A stretch of DNA of 63,172 nucleotides, counting the filler, from Olpidium bornovanus S191 (taxonomy: Eukaryota; Fungi; Olpidiomycota): NCBI GenBank assembly GCA_017911155.1. It is 27 parts of 27 records of this genome, joined end to end, with 100 filler letters (N's around TTAATTAATTAA, not from the genome) between each part and the next. Parts side by side here need not be neighbours in the genome. Positions count along the whole stretch, not along the records: positions 1 to 3,559 come from JAEFCI010004116.1; positions 3,660 to 6,048 come from JAEFCI010011680.1; positions 6,149 to 8,415 come from JAEFCI010005285.1; positions 8,516 to 10,792 come from JAEFCI010010877.1; 23 more parts are not named here. One strand, 5' to 3'. A program made the position numbers and the translations under genes. A model generated the notes under the pieces. The model was not told the DNA's origin, did not search any database, and was given only the letters and a program-made list of their open reading frames with translations. Each line of letters opens with the position of its first letter. Within the stretch, counting starts at the first letter, position 1. This document shows, in pieces, positions 1-10,768 of this stretch.

Positions 1-38
<38 letters not shown>

Positions 39-41
<3 letters not shown>

Positions 42-699
42 GCCGGGCCGCGAAGCTCCGCGGGCGTTGACGGGGAGCGAAAAGGTTAAGGCAGGGTTGC
101 TGGGGGCCCTTTGCTTCGCTTCGTCGTTTACCTTCCGGCTCTTCAACCTGTACCGGCCGCCTCGGAATGATGATCTTTGTAGGAGAAAGCTTCGGAGGTT
201 CCTTCCCGGCAGACTGTCCCGCAGCAGCTGGTTTGGCAGTTCCTTTGTCGCCTCTTCCTTCTCCCTCTTCGTCGTCGTCCCTCTCCCCTTCTCCGTCCTC
301 CTCCTCCCCCTCTTCATCGTCGTCGGCCCACTCGTCGGTGCCATTCTCGTCCTCCGCAGAACTGCCTTCCTCGTCGTCCTCCACCGCCCCCTCGTCCCCC
401 GTGACGCTCTCGTCCCCGTCAGACACCCCGTCGTCCGTCTCCTCGCCTTCTTCCTCGCGGTTCGCGTCTCCTTCGTCGTCGTCGTCGTCTCCCTCGTCGT
501 CGTCGTCGTCGTCGTCCTCCCCGTCGTCGTCGTCTCCGTCAGCCTCGACGTCGATGTCCTCTTCCTCGTCCGCCGTCTGAACGCGCTGGCGCAGTTCGGG
601 GACGGCGACCGCGGCGGCGGCGCGCTCGGGCAATGCCGGCGCCTGCCGGACGGGGGGTGACGGAGGAGGAGCCGCAGGCTGGTGCGCGGAGGACGCCAT
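39..699 (-). CDS. 5' part of an unknown protein with a long Asp/Glu-rich tract (truncated at window start)
   Basis: Minus frame from ATG at 699 reads MASSAHQPAAPPPSPPVRQAPALPERAAAAVAVPELRQRVQTADEEEDIDVEADGDDDDGEDDD... and stays open towards the window start. The Ser/Val-rich + strand ORFs listed here are its antisense shadows. Confidence 0.5.
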
Positions 700-1141
700 C
701 CGTAGAAGCCCCGAGAGAAGGTCAAAGTGGATGGTGGCGGTCTTTCGGTGGGGAGGGGGAAGTGGAGGGCGCTTGCACGCCTGCGCGCGCGAAAAACGCG
801 ACAAACGCGACCCAAAAACACGCCACGACCTTGCGCGAACAGCAGGAGGGCGTCTGGACCACGGCGGCCGGCCGGGGAGCGACCCGAGCCCGCGACCGCA
901 ACCTCTCAACCGGGCGCTCTCCGGAAGTATGCAGAGGCACCGATGTTTCCGCGCCGCCGAAGCCCGTCTTTCCCTCCACCACCTCCAAATTATTTCCGGT
1001 AGGCAGCTGTCCCTAGAAACAACGCGGCGGACAGCAGGGCGATATAAATGCGCGGCGCGGGATTGCAATGACCCTAGCGCCGGATGGAAGTGATCCCAGT
1101 TTGAGTTCCGGTACGCAGATCGTGGTAGTGAATGGAGAGAT

Positions 1142-2550
1142 TCACGCAGCGGCCATCGACGCCTCCGTCCATCCCGCCTCCTCCACGGCCTTTCTCAGCC
1201 CTGCCGGTGCGTCCGCGCCATACACTCTGCTGATGAAATCCACCAGGTCGTCCAAGTCCCACTCGGTTTTCGCCCGTGGACCCCATGTGTACTCGAAGCA
1301 CGCTGTACCGTCCACGTCGCCCCCATGCCCCGCCGATCCTCCCCTAAAGACATCCGACTTATGCCGGTCCAGATAAGCTTGCTTTACAAACTGCGGGAGC
1401 AGTTGCTTCTCGAAATCCTCCCTGGGACGCAGTTCTTCCACGTATTTGATTAGTTGCCCTGAAAGGAACCGAGTTGCCGGGTATGCATTACCATCCATGT
1501 CAATCAGACTTCGGCAAAAGGTACGTCGCCGACGCATCGGCCGTACAAAAATATAGGGCGCAATTCTTCCTGTCAATGAGTTCGTTGGCCGACAGCAGTA
1601 CGTGGACGTACGTTCGGATAACACCTGGCCGCTCACGTAAATGAGCGAAAGAATCACTGCGAGAATCCCGTACTGGGCGGCATCTTCGTCGTCCAGTTCG
1701 ATGACGCCGACGCCCCTTCTCGCCTCCCGGGGAAGCACGTTTCGAACGGCAAACCGCGCCGAAGAAGCGGTTGAAAGACGTCCTGCAGCTGTCCAAACGA
1801 GCAAACAACGAGCGACAAGCAAATGAAACAGCAAGTGAACAACGATGGAGTGTTCTTTTTCGTTTCACCGACCACGGCTCAGGCGGACAGATCCACGTAC
1901 AGCGGCGCAACGATCCGGACATTCCGACCGCGGTCACGCGCTCGCGAGCAGGCATCTCGGCCATCTCCATTCCGAATATTGTGCGGAGCCGTTCTTGGGC
2001 CTTCTCGAAAATCAAAGAAAACGCTTTTGTGTGGTCACCAAGCACTTTTTTGCGGGAAGTAGAGGGAAGAGGAAGTTACAGACGGCGTCCACGTGAATTC
2101 CGCATGACTTGCACAATCGACGGCTGAACCCCAGAATCGCCTCCCCTTCCTCCTGGCGTCGTACCTTTCTTGTTGATATCATCTCTACGCAACGGCATTT
2201 TCTTAAGCTCCATGAACAACGCCAGTCGCACAAGGTTATTCACTTTCCTGTCGAGCTCCTGTACGCCGACAACGAAGCCAATAACGTTTGCGACACAGCC
2301 GTCGACGACGCCGGGAGACCCAAAGATTAAGGCAACCCTTGCGGGGAAAAGTCGGAGTGTCCACGCGGGCGCACGGACAGCCAGAACCTACCTGTCCCGA
2401 CATCCTCCCCGCTGCCCTGTGTGCTGCTCCGGCGACGGCTCTCTCCGAGGTCGGCCTGGCCGGTGACGCCACGGGTTCGGCACCATCGGACTCGTCCGAT
2501 GACACGTCCTGCACTCGGCGCCTCCGGGCACGGGACGGCCCGCCATCAAG
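1142..2550 (-). CDS. NSE3: MAGE-domain Smc5/6 subunit Nse3 (multi-exon; 5' end uncertain)
   Basis: Spliced pieces ELDRKVNNLVRLALFMELKKMPLRRDDINKK, KAFSLIFEKAQERLRTIFGMEMAEMP, GILAVILSLIYVSGQVLSE and FEYTWGPRAKTE match MAGE/Nse3 motifs. A GT-AG intron lies at about 2260-2391. Confidence 0.85.
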
Positions 2551-2964
2551 CTGTTTTTTTTTTTTTTTTGTTTTTTGCCGGGCCCGACAAAAGAGAACGC
2601 CGCACGGAAAAGGGGGGTCGAGAAAGGAACCGCGGCGTTTTTCAGCTGACGAGAACGCTTTTTTTTCCGCCTGCGTTCGGTGCGACAGCCCCATACAGCG
2701 CCGCAGGAAACGCAAGAGAGCGAAAATTCGAATCGCGGATGCTCACGTCGACGACGGCGTAGGCGGCGGGCCGTCGAGCGCCACGCATTTTTTTTTTTTT
2801 TTTTTTTTTTTTCCCTTTAGCCGGGCCTCGGACGGGGCGTCGTGAGTAACGAACGCGGAGAGGGGCGGATCGCGCAATATTTTCCTTTAAATTTTTTTTT
2901 TGTGCTTTGCCCCCCCCACACGCACAGACACGCACACGCGGCACGCGGCAGCGGGCGAAAGGAG

Positions 2965-3425
2965 AAGTCAAAGCCGGTGGTATGCCGCGGCGGCAAACAA
3001 ACAATTTAAAGCACGCATTGGCAATGGTGGAGGCCAATTTGTCCAGGATTGCATTAACGGCCTCGGCCAATTTTGTAAACATATTTAACATTACGAGAAT
3101 ATAAAAATTGGACGTTTTGGTTTTGGTAAGCGGGCCGACAATATCAATCGATACGGTATTGAACGCGGGCGTACAATTTGACAAAGCACAGCGGGGAGAC
3201 GACGGTTGGTGAGCACGGTCTATGAACTTGACAGAGTTCGCAAGATTTGATGTAACGTTTCACCTCGACGTGCATTCCTGGCCAATAATAACTAAGGCGC
3301 AGGCTAGTGGTGGTTTGAGAAACAAGATGCCCCAAAAGCAGATGATCATGGTGGAGAGTAATCAACTCAAGCGCAGGAGCGTCGGGACAACGGTTTGCGA
3401 AACAGTTGAGGTGCGGGATGGTCAA
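2965..3425 (-). mobile_element. Degenerate Ty3/gypsy integrase (HHCC zinc domain + start of rve core), frameshifted
   Basis: LHHDHLLLGH...YYWPGMHVEVKRYIKSCELCQ in one frame, followed by VSIDIVGPLTKTKTSNFYILVMLNMFTKLAEAV in another. Confidence 0.85.
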
Positions 3426-3659
3426 GCAATAATTTGTTCATGAACTATGAGACCATTGACAATGCGAAGCGATTGAACAAGGGACACTTAACGCGGCCGA
3501 GACGGCGTGCCGGCGAGGTCCGAGCAAAGACGTTGAATATACGCGTCCCGGGCCTGTTCNNNNNNNNNNNNNNNNNNNNNNNNNNNNNNNNNNNNNNNNN
3601 NNNTTAATTAATTAANNNNNNNNNNNNNNNNNNNNNNNNNNNNNNNNNNNNNNNNNNNN

Positions 3660-4647
3660 ACGGATACCCCCTCACGCGCGCGACGAATTCGATTTTCGTT
3701 TCCGGGATCGCTGGTAGGGCCGTGAAGAATGACAGCATAAAGTCTTGCGAGTCGCCGGCCGCTTCGTTCCGATACATGTCTACCTCGAAGGATGAAAGCT
3801 CCGGCGACACAACGGAATTTTGGCCTTCCTGCGGAACCTGAATGTCGGCAAGGCGTCGGAGGAGATCTTCAATTATCTGGCTCCCGACCTGGACGACACT
3901 TTCCAATTTGTCAACTTCGGCAAACCGACGTTTGTTACAAATAAGGATGAGTTTGCGCGCTAATGAAAGCCAAACGAGCGCTAGAACGTCGTGAGAGCGC
4001 AGATCCCCACCTGTCCACTTCGCGTCTTCCGTCACCGTCTCGACGTCCTCCAGGTCCATTGCAGCATCCGCCGGTGTGGCCGCTTCTGCTGCCGGGGCTG
4101 CCGGGCCGTCCCCGCCCTCGGGGTAGGCGTAGCCAACCGCTAAATGCCTGCCATCGATTGAGAATCCCGCCGACATGACAGGGGTAACAGCGAGGACGTT
4201 GATGGACTCCTCCTGCAGCCACCTGGTCGGATCATTGCCCGCAAGGGGCCTCTTCAGATTCGCTGGGGAGCGCTTGTGCAGACCGAGGACATGTAAGTGG
4301 GGAAGTCAGCGGGTAACATACTCAACGATGGCGGGCACCAGAGCGACAGTCGCATAAGGGACGGAGACGCGCTGCCCTCCGGCGAGCAGAGTGTGGAGAA
4401 TGCGGACGTCGGTGGGCGGGTTCGGGACGTTCACGACCTGATGGCCATGCAGAGCCCCCTCCGTACGACGAGCATTGCTTTCGATGGGTCTTTCCAGTCT
4501 TTTCCTGGGGAAAAAAACCAAACTCGAAGCGTCGAGATCCAAAGCCGCGACAATCGTGAGGATAGCCGAGCTTATTACTGATCTGAATGTGCGGGCGACG
4601 CCGTCGAGTTCTAGCTGCACGATGTCCGCCACGTTGTGTTCTACCAC
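3660..4647 (-). CDS. Fragment of an unidentified multi-exon protein (3' truncated)
   Basis: Two protein-like minus ORFs (4306-4647 and 3660-4176) are separated by a GTATGT...CTGAC intron-like segment near 4270-4320. I recognise no family. Confidence 0.45.
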
Positions 4648-4660
4648 ATGGCGCCCTGTG

Positions 4661-5597
4661 GTTTACGCCTGTTAACGTCCAGTTTTCGGAAGTCTATGCC
4701 CGTCAACGTCCAGTTTCGGACGTTTACGCCCGTTAACACCCAAAGGTCTCACCTTCATCAATTGCGACGAACTCCCAATTTAATTCTCGGCGGTCCAGGT
4801 TCGAAAGGGACGTCGAACATATGGGGTGAGGTGGGGGGTGGCGCCCATGCGACCTGAAGCGTTCGCCGGTGTCGGGAGACTTCCGCCTCCAACAATGGTT
4901 GAACCGGGTTTGGCGGGCAGCCAAAGGCTATCTTACGCGTGCACTCGGCCGTACGTACGGGTGACCACGGGGCGCGGAAGCACCCTCCTTGTGGCTTTCG
5001 AAGCCCTCTTCGAAGCAAACCCCAGCCCGCCATTTCTTTTCCCCCGGTCTACCCTCCAACCCCAGGAGCTGCCGACCGTCGACGGCATCGCAGTTGCAGG
5101 CAGTTAGGACTGGGCTGTGCTGGGGCCCTCAGGGGACCGTCGCGGGACGTCTTCAAAGACGAGAGGGCTTGTTTATTGTTTTGCGAGTGTGGAAAAACGA
5201 GTGGGGGAGTACGAGGGGAAAACGAAAGGGGGGGGGGGGGGGGTTTAGGGCTGGCGAGAGATAATACGGGAGGGCCCGACCGGGACTACCGGCGGCCCAA
5301 ACCGTCCCACACCGGTTCCGGTCCATGTCGGCTAGCCCGATTCCATCGGGCCTTTTCCCGTTCTTCCGCTGCCGCCAGTTCGCGGTAATACCGCAGTTGC
5401 CAATGGACGGCCAAGCAGGACGTGAAAAGGATCTGGGCGGTGACGGCGCACATAGTACGCCTGCGCGTGGGGTCGGGCAATCCCCAGAAGGCGTTCAGGC
5501 GAACTCGTGCCCCTAAACTTTCCTGCGAGTCAGGTCGGCCATTGACGCGCGTAAACATCGAGAGTCTCACGTTAACGCGCGTAAACGTCCTACCCTG
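4661..5597. mobile_element. Candidate non-autonomous DNA transposon (MITE/hAT-like) with inverted ~30-bp subterminal repeats
   Basis: 4718-4737 GGACGTTTACGCCCGTTAAC matches the reverse complement of 5571-5590 at 19/20. Both ends carry ~30-bp tandem copies of the motif. The right end reads CAGGGTA inward. No TSD found. Confidence 0.35.
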
Positions 5598-5848
5598 GTC
5601 ACGAGCCCGCCCGAGAGTCTCTTTGGCTGTTAGGCCCAGTTTGCCCGTCGTTGCGTCTCCTAAAAGGTGGCGAAGTGCCTCGGACTTTCCCATGCCCATC
5701 TCGAACAGGACGCACATAACGAACGACTCGCTGTCGCCTTGTCCCGAATTTGCTCCCACTGTGTAACACGCAGGGTCGAAAAGTGATTGGATTTCGATCG
5801 GAGTTCGGAAGAATCTCCTTTTTAAGCGTGTTTTTAAAGCGTGAATGC

Positions 5849-5912
5849 ACTTCAGCTGTTTAGCTATCGGAAGTGCGTGTACTTCAGCTGTTAAGCTATC
5901 GGAAGTGCGTGT
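5849..5912. repeat. 32-bp direct tandem duplication
   Basis: ACTTCAGCTGTT(T/A)AGCTATCGGAAGTGCGTGT x2, one mismatch. Confidence 0.95.
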
Positions 5913-6148
5913 TGCGTGGATCTGATTATTCTAACAGCCAACCTCTTGGGCAATGGTGTCTATTTATACCCCTTGCTCCCGGTGACCGTTGTCCTTGGAG
6001 CCCTGGGGATAATCTGGCCCGTGTGTGGCCCATCCCGTGTGCGGTGCCNNNNNNNNNNNNNNNNNNNNNNNNNNNNNNNNNNNNNNNNNNNNTTAATTAA
6101 TTAANNNNNNNNNNNNNNNNNNNNNNNNNNNNNNNNNNNNNNNNNNNN

Positions 6149-6800
6149 CAGGGGAGCAGGAGCCGCTCGCGGACGAAGGGGTCGCCGCAGTCGAAGGCGA
6201 GCAGGGCGCCGTTGCAGTTCGGGGAGCGGGTGTGGCGGCGCTCGGGGTCGCCGAAGTACTCGAACATGCCCGGGTGGGTCCACCTGCCCATGTCGTCCGA
6301 CGACCGGGGCGACCAAAAGCCCGGGCGGGCGGGCGGCCCGCCCGCGGGCCCGGGCGGCGGCGGCGAGCGGACGTTGCGGACGACGTCGGCGAAGAACTGC
6401 GGGTCGGTGACCAGGTTGCCGGCGTCCATCCACACGACGACGCCGGCGCGTATCCTCCGCGCCACCTCCTCCAAGATCAGCGGCTTCCACGCGTAGTGCC
6501 CGCGGTGGCGGCTGACGTTCACGTGGGGCGGGTACGCCGAGTAGTTGAACATCCGGAGCTCCTGGATCACGCCCTGGGATCGCAGCTCCTCGAACAGGGC
6601 GCGGTACGTGTCGTTGATGCCCAGGTCGTACGCGACGAAGCGGGGCTCGGCGGCGGCGGCGGCGGTGGCGGCGGGCGGGCCCGCCCCCTCCTCGCCGCCG
6701 CCGGTGCCGAGCCGCCGCGCTCTCGCCTCGTGAACGGATCGCGCCAGGTTCTGCAGCTCGCACGCGTGGTTCGTCGACGCGGCGGACACGATCGTCAGAA
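6149..6800 (-). CDS. DUF1647-like putative glycosyltransferase-fold protein (3' truncated)
   Basis: TIVSAASTNH, FVAYDLGI, YAWKPLIL, VVWMDAGN, WTHPGMFEYF and NCNGALLAFD resemble DUF1647-family motifs. No intron in this part. Confidence 0.7.
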
Positions 6801-7118
6801 GCTGCTGCTTCCCGCCGCGTTTCGGGCTCGGACGGGCGCCGCCCGCGGCTGGCCCGTCGACCGGGCTCCGCCGATTCGCCGCCGCAGAATCCGGCCGGCG
6901 AGTGAGCGCCAGGTAAGACCGGGCCGGGCCCGGAGCGTGCGCGATCGCCTTCGGCTCGAGATTGTGCGGAGGATCACCGCCGCCTGGGACGGAGGAAGCG
7001 AAACGTTTCTTTTGTTATTATTATTTATTTATTTATTTATTTATTTTTTTCACAGCGAAAGAGAGCGGATCCCGGGGGCGGTCAGGGGAAGGGAAGGGGG
7101 GGCGCCCGTTCCACAACG

Positions 7119-7119
<1 letters not shown>

Positions 7120-7161
<42 letters not shown>

Positions 7162-7195
7162 CCCCCCCCCCCCCCGCCGCCCCCCCCCCCCCCCC
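7120..7195. repeat. Poly-G run immediately followed by poly-C runs (fold-back capable)
   Basis: G run 7120-7157, then C runs 7158-7175 and 7180-7195. Confidence 0.9.
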
Positions 7196-7495
7196 GCCTG
7201 CCCCCGCGCTCCACCGCACGCGAGAGCTCGGAGCCCCGCGTGGTAACCGCGCGGGAGGGGACCGGACGCACCGCGTCGACCGACGCGACGTCGAATGACG
7301 GCTTTGCCGTCGTCCTACCTTCGCTCGACGTCGACGAGCATAAATTGCGTCCCTTCCGCTCTGTAGCTTGACTTCGACCCCATTTAATTTTACCAGACTT
7401 TACCTTAGCTTGACCTTTCCTTCCAACTGCACTGTCAGCCCTCGTCACCTTACCTGTAGCACCGCCTCAGACCTGACGAGGAGAGGAATAGGCGC

Positions 7496-8415
7496 TTAAC
7501 CTTGCCGCAGTACAGAAGCCAACGACGCGTGCTCGCCATCTTCGGCCGGGCTGAGCTCCTCCCCGTCGCCTTCGTACCGAGTGCGACTAAGCATGTCCGC
7601 CACCGCGTTGTCTTCCCCCTTGATGTGGACCACCAAGCATCCGTACTCCTTCACGTCGGCGACCCATCGGCGACTCGACGCATCCGCTGTGTCATAATTC
7701 GACATCATCTTGATTAAAGGCCTACAGTCCGTCTCCACCATGAGGTTTGCCCCTAACACATGCTGCCTCTCTTCCCGGAGTGCCAGCCAAATCGCGTAGA
7801 GTTCCCTCTTGGTTTGACCGTATGCCCGCTGAGTGTGGTTGAAGATTTTCGCCACAAATCGTGCTGGCCTCCTGCTCTCCCCCTCCTCTTGGGAGAGCAC
7901 CCATCCGGCCGCACAGGGCCCCGCGTCGACAGTGAGATAAACAGGGCCCGCCTCTGACCGATAATCCAGCTCCCTGAGGACGTCGGCCGAGCTAAGTAGG
8001 CTCTTCAAGCGCTTCATCGCTCTGTCTTGTTCCGCGGACCAACCCCAGGTAGCTCCTTTCCTCAGAAGTGAGTAGAGGGGTTCCGCAACCTCCGCGAAAT
8101 GGGGAATGAACGCTCGATAGACTCCAACCGCTCCCAAAAAACGGCGCACCTCCCGCACAGACCCACACGGCCGAATCTCCTGGACCCCTCGCACCTTACC
8201 TTCCTCAATACGCTTACCGAATGCCCCGCATCAAAACCCAAGCAAAGAAATCTCCCGCACCCCGAACACGGACTTCTCTCCGGAGAAAGTGAGACCAACC
8301 ACTTCCGCTCGGCTTAGAATCCCCTCGACATTGTTGATATGGGAACGCACAAAGGCTCGGACGACGGGCGCTACTTCCGACGAATCTTCAGTCCCAGCAG
8401 CAACGCCTTTCATGG
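7496..8415 (-). mobile_element. Ty3/gypsy pol fragment: RT C-terminus, connection and RNase H (frameshift near 8200-8230)
   Basis: VRRFLGAVGVYRAFIPHFAEVAEPLYSLLRK, LTVDAGPCAAGWVLSQ, RELYAIW, ETDCRPL, HIKGEDNAVADMLSR. Confidence 0.95.
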
Positions 8416-9039
8416 NNNNNNNNNNNNNNNNNNNNNNNNNNNNNNNNNNNNNNNNNNNNTTAATTAATTAANNNNNNNNNNNNNNNNNNNNNNNNNNNNN
8501 NNNNNNNNNNNNNNNCCCCTGCATCTCAGGAATGTCGAGGCAAATTACAACATGGTCTCAACTCAGAATCTCTTCAACATGCGCGTGCTAAATCATGGCC
8601 ACACACATGTCGTGCGCTATGAAACCCATGGGAAGGAAGTATATATATCTCGGCGCGCTCGCACTGTATAATTCTAAATCTGGGAACGCTGCTCGGCACT
8701 CTCCCGTCGCCGTTTTCCTCTCCTTCAATACAAGGTCGTGTCCATACAGTACCAAGCGAGGTCCCATGACAGGTGAGCAACATTGCGTCGGGCCGTAGAT
8801 TGCCACCTTGTAAATGAATTCATCCGCATTGGTGGCCGTCAAACTATCCAGAGAACTGAAGTTTCCTCAACAAGCATCCACCGCTCTTTCACGTGCGTGA
8901 TATTTGCCTTGCCTGTTCTGGTGCCCACCCCTCTGGGGACGGTTTACAGGAAAATGTGGCGGAACACAGCAAAACTCCGGCTTTTGCGGGAAATGTCGCA
9001 CAAACCTCCGTTCCGGAGTTCCAACATCCACGATGTTTG

Positions 9040-9122
9040 AAAGACCCGTTCCCGTAACCGAAATGTCGGTTCCGGTGACCAACTATGTGTTCCGGTGACA
9101 CGAAAGACCGGTTCCGGTCACG
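9040..9122. repeat. Four degenerate GTTCCSGTNAC motifs spaced ~21 bp apart
   Basis: Cores at about 9048, 9069, 9089 and 9111. The first and last are preceded by AAAGACC. Confidence 0.7.
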
Positions 9123-9194
9123 GATTTCACGATCCGGGTGTTCATCATTCTGACTCCAGGAAATCCGGTAATTTCCGGCATTTCCCCAGAATTC

Positions 9195-9405
9195 TCGACA
9201 AACCGCTCCCAGAGGGCGGGGGTGCAAGTTAACAAAACCCATAATTAAAAGTGCGAACAAAATGCCACTTCAGGCGTAGCGAAAAGAAAAGACGAGATGA
9301 AAATTCGATTTTCGACAAACCGCTCCCAGAGAGCGGGGGTGCAAGTTAACAAAACCCATAAAAGTGCGAACAAAATGCCACTTCAGGCGTGGCGAAAAAA
9401 AAAGA
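9195..9405. repeat. ~117-bp tandem duplication (2 near-identical copies)
   Basis: TCGACAAACCGCTCCCAGAG...GCCACTTCAGGCGT starts at 9195 and again at 9312. Confidence 0.9.
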
Positions 9406-9481
9406 TCACGGACCACCAAGACGAGAGGAAAATTCGCCCGATCGCAAATTCCCACCAAGGACAGATAAAAGTTTATGCAAT

Positions 9482-10651
9482 TTAGGCAGAGAGCGGGTTC
9501 ACGCTCTTCCAAGACGCGAACTCACTCTCATCCCATTCTTCGAGTGCCTGGTGCTCTTCAACGGCAGCCTCCACCGTCCAACAGACCATGTCAATGATGT
9601 CATCGTCACTCTCGTCGTCGCTAATGTCCTCTTCGCCCGCCTCCCAGCCGGGGATGCAGGGTCGAGCGGGTGCTAAGAAGCCTTCTCCCCACTCTGAATG
9701 CAGGAAAGGACGTGCCTCAGTTAGCTCTTCGTCGCCATACTGCTCCGCAGTTCCCCAAGGTGCGTAGGCCAAACTCGACTTACCCAGGTCAGTGGAGGTC
9801 AACTTAAGGACGTTGCCGGTCGTAGAGCCGCCTGCAGAAGGCTGCGCCCCACGCCCGGCATTGCCCCCGGTGCTGCTTTCGCTTGGAGCCTTCGTTGCCC
9901 CGTGTGAAGTTTGGTCAGGTCCCGCTCCGCCGGCGGAACCCAGATCAGGAGGAGTCATAGGCGAGCCGTCAGCGTTGTAGCGGATGCCCTTCCAGAACGC
10001 AGCATGTAGGCGGCAGATGGTTTCCCAGCCAGCGTCGGTCACGCGGGCGTTGTTCTGAACTTCCCTAGTCGGAGTCTGGGGAGGGGCAAGCGAGAGGGCT
10101 GTGTAGTTCGGCGTGCCACAGAAGTGGCATCGGACGCGGACAAAGAACGCGAAGTTGATGTAGTTATTTTTCGAAGCAAGGTTTTCTACTGCGACCCGCT
10201 CAGATGGCTGATAGCGCTTGCGGACGGCGGTTCCGGCAGCAACATATCTGTGGACGCGGACGTCGTCTTCGTCGACCGATAACGAGCTGCAGACGAGGAT
10301 AGTGGCGATTCTCGTCGTCTCGTCGAAACTATCGATAACCACAAGCCGCGGCTTGAAAGCCTTGGCAGCCGTCACGAAGGGCACAGTCGTGTTTGCAACG
10401 TATGGTAACGTGGCTGGCACGCAGAGGTCGGGTGTCGAGAGCGCTAGCTCCTCCGGCCGAGCCGGTCGCATCCTCAAGAAGTGCTTGGGGCGCACCGGAA
10501 AAGGTGGTGGGGAGAACGGCGGCATGGCGGTCCTGACGGTCAAAGGCGCGGCATATTTGCCACAGGAAAGGGGGGGTTGACCGAGGAAAGGGGGGGAGGA
10601 GGGGTGACCGAGATTTGTGCGCCCCCCGCGGACGTGAAACTCGGGGGGCAT
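9482..10651 (-). CDS. Intronless orphan ORF (389 aa) with CxxC and CxxH pairs and an acidic C-terminus
   Basis: Long open frame with protein-like composition (KAFKPRLVVIDSFDETTRIATILVCSS; RVRCHFCGTP; ETICRLHAAFW; EEDISDDESDDD). The true start may lie downstream of 10651. Confidence 0.55.
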   Translation of the reverse strand: MPPEFHVRGGRTNLGHPSSPPFLGQPPLSCGKYAAPLTVRTAMPPFSPPPFPVRPKHFLRMRPARPEELALSTPDLCVPATLPYVANTTVPFVTAAKAFKPRLVVIDSFDETTRIATILVCSSLSVDEDDVRVHRYVAAGTAVRKRYQPSERVAVENLASKNNYINFAFFVRVRCHFCGTPNYTALSLAPPQTPTREVQNNARVTDAGWETICRLHAAFWKGIRYNADGSPMTPPDLGSAGGAGPDQTSHGATKAPSESSTGGNAGRGAQPSAGGSTTGNVLKLTSTDLGKSSLAYAPWGTAEQYGDEELTEARPFLHSEWGEGFLAPARPCIPGWEAGEEDISDDESDDDIIDMVCWTVEAAVEEHQALEEWDESEFASWKSVNPLSA

Positions 10652-10702
10652 CTGGGCGCCAGTTTTCCGTCGGACGAAGGTGTCACGTGGCCGGTCTCGC
10701 TC

Positions 10703-10768
<66 letters not shown>

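Noticed and set aside
67-660. Plus-strand hydrophobic (Val-rich) and Ser-rich ORFs
   Set aside because: They are antisense shadows of the minus-strand Asp/Glu codons.
3604-3615. TTAATTAATTAA repeated 26 times at irregular spacing (CRISPR-like or PacI array?)
   Set aside because: It is always embedded in N44 flanks: an artificial six-frame-stop linker.
8516-8880. Possible + strand exons (NVEANYNMVSTQNLFNMRVLNHGHTHVVRYETHGKE|VVSIQYQA)
   Set aside because: Splice-like signals exist but I recognise no family, so support is too weak for a feature.
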